Notes: a model not told the origin generated them from the letters alone. Positions 1-11,460 are shown, numbered from the stretch's first letter. The stretch is 64,000 nucleotides of DNA from Octopus bimaculoides (GCF_001194135.2 NC_068986.1:13501302-13565301); one strand, 5' to 3'. Numbers and translations are program-made.

Positions 1-60
1 CTGGGTATTGAACTCATGACCTTATGATTGTGAGGTGAATACCCTAACATCTAAGCCACA
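1..60 (-). mobile_element. tRNA-derived SINE family E, 5' head only (runs off window start)
   Basis: Reverse complement TGTGGCTTAGATGTTAGG...AATCATAAGGTCATGAGTTCAATACCCAG matches the head at 3341 (A- and B-box-like motifs). Confidence 0.7.
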
Positions 61-103
61 TGTTTTCACTACATTACACACACACACACACACATACATA
101 TTC

Positions 104-238
104 AGGCCCATGTATGGCTGTGTGGTTAAGGAACTTGCTCTCCAACCATTTGATCTTGGGTTCAGTCCCACGGCATAGCAACTTGGGTAAATGTGTTCTG
201 CATAGCTCCAGGCTAGTCAGAAACTGAAAGAAGCTCAA
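104..238 (+). mobile_element. SINE family B head (tRNA + CORE-like), degenerate
   Basis: GGCTGTGTGG...GGGTTCAGTCCC...GAAACTGAAAGAAGC shared with more than 12 other copies in the window. Confidence 0.7.
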
Positions 239-252
239 ACCATAATCAAATG

Positions 253-1082
253 GAAATTGTAGTTGTGGCTGATGCCAGTGCCATCTGACTGGCTCCCATG
301 ATGGTGACATGTAATAAGCACCTTTCATGTATAGGTCGTTGCCAGTGGCACATAAAAAGCACCATCCAAACGTGGTCGATGCCAGCCCTCTCGCCCCGAC
401 TGGCTCCTGTGCCAGTGACATGTAAGAAGCACCATCCGAATATGGCTGATGCCAGCTCCGCCTGACTGACTCCCATGCTGGTGACATGCAATAAGCACCT
501 TTCATTCGCGGGTCGTTGTCAGTGCTGCTTGACTGGCTTCCTGTGCTGGTAGCATGTAAAAAGCACCATCCAAACGTGGTCAATATCAGCCCCCTCACCC
601 CGACTGGCTCCTGTGTCAGTGGCATGTAAAAAAGCACCATCCGAATGTGGCTGATGCCACCTTCTCATCCCAACTAGCTCCTGTACCAGTGACACATAAA
701 ATACACCATCTGAACGTGGTCGATGCCAGCTCCCTCGCCCTGACTGGTTCCTGTACCAGTGGCATGTAAAAAGCACCATCCAAATATGGCCGATGCCAGC
801 GACCTCGCTCGGACTGGATCCTGTGCCAGTGGCATGTAAAAAGCACCATCCGAACGTAGCTGATGCCAGTGCTGCCTGACTGGCTCCCATGCCAGTGGTA
901 CGTAAAAAGCACCCACTTACACTTTTGGAGTGGCTTGACATTAGGAAGGGCATCCAGCTGTAGAAACCTTGCCAGATCAAATTGGAGCCTGGTGTGGCCT
1001 CCTGGCTTGCTACACCCCAGTCAAGCTGTCCAACCCATGCCAGCATGAAAAACAGACGTCAAATGATGATGATGATGATGAT
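253..1082 (+). mobile_element. RTE-type LINE 3' UTR with ~70-bp tandem array and (GAT)n tail
   Basis: About 10 units containing GTGGCATGTAAAAAGCACCATCC (GCACC at 563, 634, 703, 773, 843, 909). Then the TTAGGAAGGGCATCCAGCTGTAGAAA tail that follows RTE ORF ends at 46027-46400 and 55960-56110. Confidence 0.8.
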
Positions 1083-1494
1083 ATATACAAACAGATAGAC
1101 AGACAGACAGATAGGTAGATGTGTGTATGAGTGCGAAAATTTGTCTCTTTTACTAAGTATGTTGAATGTAACCCTGTGATTGTGTTGGTGTGAAGCTATA
1201 AGAAAATAACAAAAATAGCTTTTATTAAATCTCTTCATGTCGACGTAAGGTCCACAAAAATTCAAGATAAAAATAACAACTACATCAGCAGCAGCAGCAA
1301 CAACAACAACAACAACAACAACAACAGCAGCAGCAGCAGCAGCAATTATGGGTGTGACAGTAATGTTAACACTCTAAAAACCACTAGTTTATTAAACAAG
1401 TAGTTGTTTTTGAGCTTAAAGAGATGTCTGCTTCATTAAATTTTCTCAAATGCTCTAAGAACTCTACAAACTCACTGCCTTAATAATAATAAAG

Positions 1495-1525
<31 letters not shown>

Positions 1526-1771
1526 TCATGAATAATGATAATAATAATAATTGGCCTGCAACATCATGTGCTGTTTATCTTGATATGAGGTCACCATGTC
1601 ATGCACATATGGTTGTGCTGAATAAGCTCAGTGTACCCTTATCATGCAGGTGGGCAGTCATGATGGGTGTGTTGGTCTTCGTATATTTGTACTCCAGTGC
1701 CCACTCATCCAATAACAGCAGCAGCAACAACAACTATAATAATGATGATAATAATAATAATCTTTTCTACG

Positions 1772-1953
1772 CCAGGCACAAGGTCTGAATGTTTTAGGGA
1801 GGGGCCAGTTGATTAGATCAATCCCAGTATGCAACTGGTACTTAATGAAACGCAAAGTTGACCTCAGCAGAATTTGAACTCAGAATGTAAAGACAGACGA
1901 AATACCTCTAAGCATTTCACCCGGTGTGCTAACGTTTCTGCCAACTTGCCGCC
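1772..1953 (-). mobile_element. tRNA-derived SINE family A
   Basis: Reverse complement of GGCGGCAAGTTGGCAGAAACGTTAGCAC...GAGTTCAAATTC consensus. Confidence 0.85.
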
Positions 1954-1989
1954 TAATGATAATGATGATGATGATGATGATGATGATGA

Positions 1990-2290
1990 TCATCATCATC
2001 ATCATCATCATCACCATTTAACGTTCATTTTCCATGCTGGCATTGGTTGGATGGCAAAGTTTCTACAGCTGGATACCCTTCCTAAGCCAACCACTCCGAG
2101 AGTGTAGTGGGTACTTTTACGCGCCACCAGCACGAGGGCAAGTCAGGCGGTACTGGCAACGATTATGCTCAAATGTTGTTATTCACGTGCCACCGGCACA
2201 TGTGCCAGTTAGGCGACGCTGGCAACAATCTCGCTTGAATGGTGCTTTTTATGTGCCACTGGCATGGGAGCCAGTCAGAGACCCTGACAA
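1990..2290 (-). mobile_element. RTE LINE 3' end (UTR)
   Basis: (CAT)n then TTAACGTTCATTTTCCATGCTGGCATTGGTTGG...CAGCTGGATACCCTTCC, the same tail family as 905-1082. Confidence 0.8.
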
Positions 2291-2299
2291 CAATCATGC

Positions 2300-2535
2300 T
2301 CTTCTTCTTCTTTTTTTCTTCTTTTTTTCTTCTTCTTTTTTTCTTCTTCTTTTTTTTCTTCTTCTTCTTCTTCTTGTCCCCCTTCTTCTTGTCCCCCTTC
2401 TTCTCCTCCTCCTTCTTCTTCTTGTCCTTCTTCTTGTCCTTCTTCTTGTCCTTCTTCTTCTTCTCATTATTATCGAACCTTTACTGGTTAATAAACAAAC
2501 CATTAATATCCTCCTTCACCTCCTCTTCCTCCTCA
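2300..2535. repeat. (CTT)n-rich polypyrimidine microsatellite
   Basis: Direct reading. Confidence 0.9.
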
Positions 2536-2879
2536 TTATTATTATCATCACCATCGTCATTACTATTATTAGTGTTATTATCTTCACTAAAATAACCAAC
2601 TCCTTGTGAATAATTATCTAAAAAAAAAAAAAATTCTTCATGAAACTGAATACAAAAAAATTGCCATCAAAGTTATTTTTCTAGTTCAGTGATTGGTATA
2701 ATTCTTCTTGCTCTTCTTAATGTCATGCTCTGATTTTTTCAGTTGTTTTTTGCCGACTCTGGGTCTATTTTCGCTATTTTAGTATATTTATTGTCTTTTT
2801 GGGTTACCGGTTTTAGTTACTGGATTGTGTCTGTGTTAGAGCACTGATTTGAGGCATTTTAGGTAATCATGCGATGAGC

Positions 2880-3300
2880 ATGGCTAAGCATAGTCATGGC
2901 TGTGTGGATGCAGTGTTTGCTTCCCGGCCATCTGGTTCCATGTTCAATCCCATTGTGCAGTACTTCGGGCAAGTATCTTCTATCAAAGCCTTGGGTCTAC
3001 CAAAATCTTGTGAGTGGATTTGGCAGACAGAAGCTGAAAGGCGGCGAGCTGGCAGAAACGTTAGCACACCAGGCGAAATGCTTCGTGGTATTTCGTCGGC
3101 CGCTAGGTTTTGAGTTCAAATTCCGCCGAGGTTGACTTTGTCTTTCATCCTTTCGGGGTCGATAAATTAAGTACCAGTTACACATTGGGGTCGATATAAT
3201 CAACTTAATCCGTTTGTCTGTCCTTGTTTGTCCCCTCTGTGTGTAGCCCCTTGTGGGCAGTAAAGAAATAAGAATCTGAAAGAAGTCGCTTGTGTAAATA
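2880..3300 (+). mobile_element. SINE B interrupted by SINE A
   Basis: The B sequence stops at ...GCTGAAAG (3040) and resumes CTGAAAGAAG after 3270. Confidence 0.8.
3041..3270 (+). mobile_element. SINE A, full length, tail type 2, 12-bp TSD
   Basis: A-box TGGCAGAAACG and B-box GAGTTCAAATTCC. TSD AGAA(G/T)CTGAAAG at 3029-3040 and 3271-3282. Confidence 0.9.
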
Positions 3301-3335
<35 letters not shown>

Positions 3336-3340
3336 TGAAG

Positions 3341-3652
3341 ATGTGTGGCTTAGTGGTTAGGTTGTTTGACCCACAATCATAAGGTCATGAGTTCGATTCC
3401 CAGCAGTATGTATGTCCTTGAGCAAGACACTTTATTTCATGTTTCTCCAATCCACTCAGCTGGCAAAAATGAGTAGTACCGGTATTTCAAGGGGCCAGCC
3501 TTGTTGTATTCTGTGTCATGCCGAGTCTCCTTGTAAACTACATTAAGGGTATGTATGTCTGTGGGGTACTCAGCCACTGGCTTGTTAATTACATGAGCAG
3601 GCTGTTCCGTTGATCAAATCAACTGGAAACCTTGTCTTTGTAACCGACAGTG
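3341..3652 (+). mobile_element. tRNA-derived SINE family E
   Basis: A-box TGGCTTAGTGG, B-box GAGTTCGATTCC, CORE-like GTCCTTGAGCAAGACACTT, then CCACTCAGCTGGCAAAAATGAGTA. Homologous to 19117-19915. Confidence 0.8.
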
Positions 3653-3778
3653 TCGAGCTGGCAGAAACGTTAGCACAATGGGCGAAATGCTTATTATTAT
3701 TATTATTATCATCATCAACATGATCATTATTATCATTATTATTATTATTACCATTATTATTATTATTATTATCAAGTA

Positions 3779-3995
3779 AGGTGGTGAGCTGGCAAAATCA
3801 TTAGCATGCTGGACGAAATGCTTAGCGGTATTTCGTCCGCCTTGACGTTCTGAGTTCAAATCCTGCCGAGGTCGACTTTGCCTTTCATCCTTTCAGGGTT
3901 GATAAAATAAGTACCAATGAAACACTGGGGGTTGATGTAATCGATTGGTCTCTCCCCCACCCAAAATTTGAGGCCTCCAGTAGAAAGGATATAAA
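3779..3995 (+). mobile_element. SINE A
   Basis: Consensus match, preceded by (TTA)n and a head-only copy at 3653-3692. Confidence 0.85.
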
Positions 3996-4514
3996 GGGAA
4001 GGAATGTTTCCTGCACACACACACGTACACTTATATATGTACACACACATGTATACACACATGTATACACACTCAGAATTTCACACATACATGCAGACAC
4101 ATGTGTTCATGCATACAGGCACACCCTTACGCACACACACATGCATGTCCACACACACACGTCTTATTATTAAGATCATTAACATGGGTTAGATAGAATT
4201 TGTCAAGGCAGATATTCTATGACTAGATTGTCCTGACATCTCAGAAGACTGGAGCAATGTTAAAAGAAGTGTCTCACTTAAAAACACAACGGACCACCTG
4301 GCCCAAAAACTGAAACCACAATCTTACAATTTTGAATGCAGCACCCTAACCACTGGTCCAAATGTTTTCACATTTACAAAAGCACAGTGAATAAACCAAT
4401 GGAACAATGCTCATTGAACATAATGGTTAGGAATCGTCTATGCACATCTTGGTGGATAATGTAACAAAGATAGCGCAAGGAAATTAATCACTGCAGATAA
4501 CTGATTTCCAATTT

Positions 4515-4655
4515 TGGCACAAGGCCAGCAATTTCGGGGAAGGAGGAAATTGATTGCATCCACCCCAGCGCTCAGCTGGTACTTATTTTATCGACCCCCG
4601 AAAGGATGAAAAACAAAGTTGACCTTGGCGGAATTTGAACTCAGAATGTAAAGAT
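4515..4655 (-). mobile_element. SINE A
   Basis: GGCACAAGGCC...GAAAGGATGAAA...GGAATTTGAACTCAGAA. Confidence 0.8.
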
Positions 4656-4764
4656 GGCTGAAATAATCACTGCAGATAATTAATGTGTATTATTGGCCAT
4701 TACAAGTAAAGATTAGTGCCTTTCGTTGACTATGACATAAACATCTTTTATTTTTTACTTCCTA

Positions 4765-5197
4765 CTTCATTCAGTCATTAAACTGTGGCCATGCTGGAGC
4801 ACCACCTTAATGAAGTTAATCGAAGAAATTGATGCCAGCAGTTATTTTTTTTAAAGCCTGGTGCTTATTCAGTTGGTCTTTTTTGCCAAACTGCTAATAT
4901 ACAAGGATGTAAACGTACCAACACTGGCTGTCTAGCAGTGATTGGAAACAAACACAGACACAAAGACACACAAACTTACACAATTACACACATACACACA
5001 TACGCATGCACATACACACACGTGTACATGTTTATGTACTATGGGCTTCTTTCAGTTTCTATCTACCAAATCCACTCACAAGGTGTTGGCTGGCCTGAAG
5101 CTATATAGTAGAAAACACTTGCCCAAGGTGCCACACAGTGGGACTGAACTTGGAACCATGTGGGAAGCAAACTTCTTGCCTTACAGCCATGCCTGCA
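4765..5197 (-). mobile_element. Composite SINE B-D
   Basis: D module 4765-4935, internal (CA)n, B head 5043-5197. Confidence 0.8.
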
Positions 5198-5383
5198 CCT
5201 GTTACTTAAAAGTGGTGGTCATTTTGTGGTGGTCATTCAGCAGCACCTGAACACTCGTACATCATCTTCGATAGGAGATTCCATTGCATTATATTCATGT
5301 ATATATGTATGTATATACATATGTATATCTATATCTATCTATCTAGCCATGTGCACACACACACACACACACACACATCTGAA

Positions 5384-5703
5384 TGTTCTCTTCTGTTTTC
5401 AATTATCTGAAATCTTCCCTTGAGGAAGGAGCTGGTTTCTAACATAAATACAAAGTTACATTGCTAGAATGTAGATAACAGAAACAAATTAATTTTAAAC
5501 TTGACATAAGTCTCGCACATTTTTACTGTTCCACTTACAGATTGTACTTGTAATGTGCGAATTAGCCTACTGATTTTCTTTTTTTTTTCTTCTGACAACT
5601 GCAGCTTATCTAGATTGTCACTTAAACTTTTATTCACGAAACCAAGTGCCCCAATTACAATTGGTGTAAATATGAATTTATAATCTGGATATAGAAGCTG
5701 GAG
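5384..5703 (-). mobile_element. R4/Dong-clade RLE LINE, 5'-truncated C-terminus plus 3' UTR
   Basis: Encodes LQLLYPDYKFIFTPIVIGALG...LIRTLQVQSVSGTVKMC, typical of the region after the RLE endonuclease in R4-clade ORFs. Confidence 0.75.
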
Positions 5704-6429
5704 TATGTATGTATGTATGTATGTATTATGTAGGTATGGTTTTTTTGTATGTATGTATGTATGTATGTATATATGTATTATGTAGGTATGGTTTTTTTGT
5801 ATGTATGTATGTGTGTATGTATTATGTATGTATTGTTTCTTTTGTATGTACATAAGCATGTGTGTGTGTGTGTGTATATGAGTGTAAATATGGAAGTATG
5901 GACGTAGATATACATGTTAAGTGCACTGTTGTGGATGTAGGCGTATATAGGAATATATATGTTTCTGCTTCCTATAGATTTTGCAGTTATTCAAGTCTTA
6001 AACGTTTTTCTTGCCTATAAAAGGAATACCAGCCTTTGTGTTGCCATCTTGGCTATTTAAGGAATGTCCAAAACATATAAATATCTCATAAAGACAGAAA
6101 TGGGATTGTTTTGAACTGTGCTACATCGGTACTAATAATGATACAATGATGTTTGTTAGTTGGTGTCATTTAACTCTAGATCAGCCACTGTCAAGTAGAT
6201 CATTCATGAACAAAGGTATTCCATTCATGCCCATCATGACATTTTTTCCACCACATATCTATCGATGTGTGGGTGTGTGTGTGTGTGTGCATGTGTGTAA
6301 TTAAATAAGTTGTCTTGCAACCATATGATTCTCGGTTCAATCCCCTGTGCAGCAACTTAGCGAATGTCTGCAGTGAAAGTCTTGGTTAGCCAGTATCATT
6401 TGGGTTGAGTGGAAGTATGTTGTGTATGT

Positions 6430-6474
6430 GTTTAAATATATATATATATATGTATGTATATATATAGTTATATG

Positions 6475-6516
<42 letters not shown>

Positions 6517-6566
6517 TATAGATATATATAAATATATAGATATATAAATATATATGTATGTATGTG

Positions 6567-6623
<57 letters not shown>

Positions 6624-6648
6624 GTATCTATCTATCTATCTATCTATC
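6430..6648. repeat. (TA)n / (TCTA)n microsatellites
   Basis: Direct reading. Confidence 0.9.
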
Positions 6649-6806
6649 ATTCGAATTTACAAAAGATGAAGACAGGTGCGTAAACAACAAACAGGTGTAT
6701 TAATTTAATGAGAAAGGTGAGAAAGTTGTTTTACGTTTTGAGCCTACGCTCTTCAACAGAAAGGAACATGAGAAAATAAATGGAGAGAGAATAAAAAAAG
6801 AAATAC
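6649..6806 (-). mobile_element. Penelope-like pLTR remnant with degenerate minimal hammerhead
   Basis: Minus strand reads CTGTTGA A GAGC-GTAG-GCTC AAAACGT, the layout of PLE minimal hammerheads with two core changes. Confidence 0.5.
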
Positions 6807-6825
6807 ATATATACACTTCAAAGTT

Positions 6826-6864
<39 letters not shown>

Positions 6865-7677
6865 NNNNNNNNNNNNNNNNNNNNNNNNNNNNNNNNNNNN
6901 NNNNNNNNNNNNNNNNNNNNNNNNNNNNNNNNNNNNNNNNNNNNNNNNNNNNNNNNNNNNNNNNNNNNNNNNNNNNNNNNNNNNNNNNNNNNNNNNNNNN
7001 NNNNNNNNNNNNNNNNNNNNNNNNNNNNNNNNNNNNNNNNNNNNNNNNNNNNNNNNNNNNNNNNNNNNNNNNNNNNNNNNNNNNNNNNNNNNNNNNNNNN
7101 NNNNNNNNNNNNNNNNNNNNNNNNNNNNNNNNNNNNNNNNNNNNNNNNNNNNNNNNNNNNNNNNNNNNNNNNNNNNNNNNNNNNNNNNNNNNNNNNNNNN
7201 NNNNNNNNNNNNNNNNNNNNNNNNNNNNNNNNNNNNNNNNNNNNNNNNNNNNNNNNNNNNNNNNNNNNNNNNNNNNNNNNNNNNNNNNNNNNNNNNNNNN
7301 NNNNNNNNNNNNNNNNNNNNNNNNNNNNNNNNNNNNNNNNNNNNNNNNNNNNNNNNNNNNNNNNNNNNNNNNNNNNNNNNNNNNNNNNNNNNNNNNNNNN
7401 NNNNNNNNNNNNNNNNNNNNNNNNNNNNNNNNNNNNNNNNNNNNNNNNNNNNNNNNNNNNNNNNNNNNNNNNNNNNNNNNNNNNNNNNNNNNNNNNNNNN
7501 NNNNNNNNNNNNNNNNNNNNNNNNNNNNNNNNNNNNNNNNNNNNNNNNNNNNNNNNNNNNNNNNNNNNNNNNNNNNNNNNNNNNNNNNNNNNNNNNNNNN
7601 NNNNNNNNNNNNNNNNNNNNNNNNNNNNNNNNNNNNNNNNNNNNNNNNNNNNNNNNNNNNNNNNNNNNNNNNNNNNN

Positions 7678-7722
<45 letters not shown>

Positions 7723-8370
7723 GTATATATATACATATATATATATATATACATGCTTGTATACAAACATATATAACAATGTGAATGTATATATGTGTAT
7801 ATATAGATACATACATACATGCATGCATGCATGCATACATAAGCACATACATACATACATAGATATACATATACATACATATCCACATGCATACATACAA
7901 AAATATATGCATTCACATTTATACATTCACATTTATACATACAGAAATATACACATACATACACATCCACATTTATACATACAGCAATGCATACCTAGAT
8001 ACACACATACATACATATCCCCATTTATACATAGAGAAATACATACATATAAAGATGCTTACTCATATACATACCTACCTAATATATATTTATCTTTTAA
8101 TCAGCACTTACCAAACTTCCGAGTTCTCTTCATTAAAGAACAAGGAAGAGAAAAAAGCTACATTCACTTTAGTGTTCAGTGCATTGTATGATACAGTTTC
8201 ATAATTTATTCATAAAGTTTATCCTTCTCCAAGCAGCACAGGAAACCGACATTAAATGGTGATGGTGGTGATGAGAATGATGATGATGATGTTGTTGTTG
8301 GTTCTCTGACATAGGGTATCAGCAGAAGAGAAATCATTTTTTGTCTATGCAAAGGAATTTAAAACATCAT

Positions 8371-8683
8371 TAGGTAGAGGGGATCTGAAAGAGGTCTCAG
8401 AGTGTAGCGTCCCTGCCTTCCTGAGCTAGTTTTCCACCACATTATATGTAGGGGGACTCTGAAAGGGGTCTCCGGGAGTAGCGTTCCTGCCTTCCTGAGC
8501 TAGTTTTCCACCACATTATATGTAGGGGGACTCTGAAAGGGGTCTCCGGGAGTAGCATTCCTGCCTTCCTGAGCTAGTTTTCCACCACATTATAGGTAGG
8601 TGGGCTCTGAAAGGGGTCTCAAGGAGTAGCGTCCCTGCCTTCCTGAGCTAGTTTTCTACCACATTATAGGTAGTGGGGCTCCC
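8371..8683. repeat. 74-bp minisatellite, ~4.2 copies
   Basis: CTGCCTTCCTGAGCTAGTTTT starts at 8413, 8487, 8561 and 8635. Confidence 0.95.
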
Positions 8684-9207
8684 ATTATGTACTGTGCCAC
8701 ATCTTCCTTGGTTGTTTGATGGGGATTTTCTCCAATATTTCTTGTTTGATGTTTGTATATGTATTCAATAACAGTTGGATTCTCTGCATTTATGTCAAGA
8801 AGAGTTTTTATTTTGAATGGCATTATACAGGGTTATTCAAAAAGAAGGAGCAGATTTAAAATTTATTTTTAAAACAAACAGCAAGAGACACAAACACATT
8901 CTCCATATTTCTTGATAGGGGAAGGTTTGAAATTTATTTTAAGGTAGTATGCACTCAACATGAGCTCCTTGTGTTGTTCGACAAACATCGAAACCTTTTT
9001 CTGTAAAATTTTTATGCCATTCAGAAATTTTCTTGTGATGAGGTGGATTTTTATTGAATTGAAGGCAAAATTCACATTGCACTTGTACAATTGATTTGCA
9101 TTTCTCAAACTTCAGCACACAAAAAGACTTTTCTTGTGGCGTCACCATTTTCTAAGGGATTACACAAATGAAAATTATACAACTTTAAATAAAATGAACA
9201 AAATGAA

Positions 9208-9580
9208 ACATCATCATCATCGTTTAACGTCTGCTTTCCATGCTAACATGGGTTGGACGATTTGACTGAGGAATGGGGAACCAGATGGCTGCCCCAAGCT
9301 CCAATCTGATCTGGCAGAATTTCTATGGCTGGATGCCCTTCCTAACGCCAACCACTCCGAGAGTGTAGTGGGTGCTTTTACGTGCCACTGGCACGAGGGC
9401 CAGTCACGAGGTACTGGCAATGGCCACGCTCAAAATAGTGTTTTTTACATGCCATCTGCACAGGAGCCAGTCCAGTGGCACTAGCAACAACCTCGATCGA
9501 ATGATTTTCTGACGTGCCACCAGCACAAGTGCTAGTAAGGCAATGCTGGTAACGATCACACTCAAATGGTGCTATTTACA
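9208..9580 (-). mobile_element. RTE LINE 3' UTR
   Basis: (CAT)n plus the conserved tail and UTR repeat units. Confidence 0.85.
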
Positions 9581-9711
9581 GCTGCTCTGACATTAAAACA
9601 AAATTAGAATATTATTTTATTTAAGGCTTAATTCAATTGATCATGTTCAGCTATAAACTTTAAACCTTCCCCTATAAAGAAATATGTAGAATGTCAAGCA
9701 GTGATAAAACA

Positions 9712-9755
<44 letters not shown>

Positions 9756-9774
9756 AATAACAACCCTTGGATCG

Positions 9775-9982
9775 AAGCTGGCAGAAATGTTAGCACGCCA
9801 GGCGAAATGCTAAACGGTATTTCGTCAGTGTTTACGTCCTGAGTTCAAATTCCGCCGAGGTTGACTTTGCCTTTCATCCTTTTGGGGTTGATGAATTAAG
9901 TATCAGTTGCATACTGGGGCCGATCTAATTGACTGGCCCCCTCCCCAAAAATTTTAGGCCTTGTGCCTAGAGTAGAAAAGAA
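9775..9982 (+). mobile_element. SINE A, tail type 1
   Basis: Consensus match ending CCTAGAGTAGAAAAGAAT. Confidence 0.9.
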
Positions 9983-10004
9983 TATAACCATTTTCTACGG
10001 TGGT

Positions 10005-10150
10005 GAATATCATTAGCATATCATGCAAGATGCTTTGCAACATTTTGACCGACTACGTTCTAAGTTCAAATTTCACTGAAGTTGACTTTGTCATTCATCC
10101 TTTTGGGGCTGATTAAATCAGTACCAGTTGAGTCCTGGGGTTGATGTAAT
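10005..10150 (+). mobile_element. SINE A, degenerate
   Basis: AAGTTCAAATTTC...GTTGACTTTGTCATTCATCC. Confidence 0.7.
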
Positions 10151-10199
10151 CAACTTACCACCTACACTCAAATTTCTGATCTTGTGCCAGCCAAAATTT

Positions 10200-11165
10200 G
10201 TAAGTTGGGTAGCATATTCATGCATGGTCTTCTATTGGGATGCTAAGCATTTCAAATTTAGGCCTTCTCTGAAGTATTTTAGTCCAGCTGTTTTGCAGTT
10301 GTATGGGAGGTCATTAAGAAGAGAGTGTTTTCTGAGGAGCTCACTTCCGGCATTTAGGATATTGTTCTCTCCACTTTTCAGCACGCCAACTTAATGTATT
10401 TATTTCTGCTGTTGTTTCTGTCTGCAGAGAGAGACTATATGCAGTTCGAAGGCTGTCTGCATAGATATTCAGCCTCTATCCATTTTATCTCTTGCTAAGA
10501 AGAGCCTGTCAATATCACAATTTGTATGGAAATGTCCAGTTTATATTAGGATCTTGTGCATTTTGATGTCAATGGTGTGGATTTCGCCTACAGATCTGTC
10601 AAGTATTCCAAATATTAGAATCAGCACTGATACTACAAATGCATTGTGGGATATTGTCTTGTTGTAAGAGGAGATTTTCAAATGCCATATTTCTGAAGTC
10701 TGGTATAGTACTGTTCATTTTTAATCACAGCAATTTCATATATGTTTTCATCAATGCCTAAGTATTTATAGCATTCTTTGAGTGGAACAGGAGAGATAGG
10801 AAGGCTTTTGATGTACAGGTTTTGGGTCTAGGGGCGGGGGGACGGATTTTTCATGTTCAACAATCAAATACAAACATTTCTTTTGGTCAAATTCTATTCC
10901 TATTTCAGCTGAAAATGTTGTCTTACTCCATCTGTTTTTTGGCATTGTTAACATGTTTAGCATAAATCTTCAGGTTATTCATAAAGGAATTATGGGATAC
11001 ATTAATATCTCTAACAGCTGCAGACCCTAGCATGTAGCCATTTGATTTTTGCTGCAGGAATGATAACAGATTTAATGCCAAAATGAAAAGAATTATGAAA
11101 AGACTGTCTTTAGAATATTCCCTTTGAAATATATGTAACATTGGAGATGATTGTTCCACTTTCAT
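10200..11165 (-). mobile_element. R4/Dong-clade LINE reverse transcriptase/thumb fragment, decayed
   Basis: Fragments DSLFIILFILALNLLSF...SFMNNLKIYAK (equivalent to QGDSLSPLLF...DDLKLYAK), TTFSAEIGIEF, ECYKYLGIDENI and FHTNCDIDRLF, with stops and frameshifts. Confidence 0.8.
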
Positions 11166-11299
11166 TTATTCGTTTGTTTGTTTGTTTGTATGTATGTATG
11201 TATGTATGTATGTATGTATGTCTACATTCATATATGTACATATATACATATGTACATATACATCTATATGTGTATACATTTACACATGTATGCGTGTCT

Positions 11300-11460
11300 G
11301 TATGTTCTCTTCTATTTTTAATTATTTGAAATCTCCCTGTCAGGAAAGAGCTGTTTCCCAACAAAGATACAACACTCCGTCATTGGAATGTAGATGACAA
11401 AGACAAATTCACATTTTGAATTTTAGAAAATTTTGCACATTTTTACTGTTCTACTTACAC
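11300..11460 (-). mobile_element. R4-clade LINE 3' end, same subfamily as 5384-5703
   Basis: Aligns by eye with 5384-5530 and encodes TVKMCKIF. Confidence 0.7.

Noticed and set aside
74-1046. ORFs with repeated FGWCFLHATGTG motifs
   Set aside because: Antisense translation of the RTE UTR 70-bp array; no splice or domain support
3341-3410. tRNA genes suggested by A/B boxes
   Set aside because: All are SINE heads with no complete cloverleaf
6700-7970. Long ORFs spanning N-runs (also 38680-39993, 43208-43996, 50457-51227, 53157-53944, 57933-58912, 61111-62437)
   Set aside because: Open only because gaps translate as X and flanks are microsatellites
8371-8683. CRISPR-like periodicity (also 253-910 and 20135-20520)
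   Set aside because: No unique spacers, eukaryotic context, no cas genes
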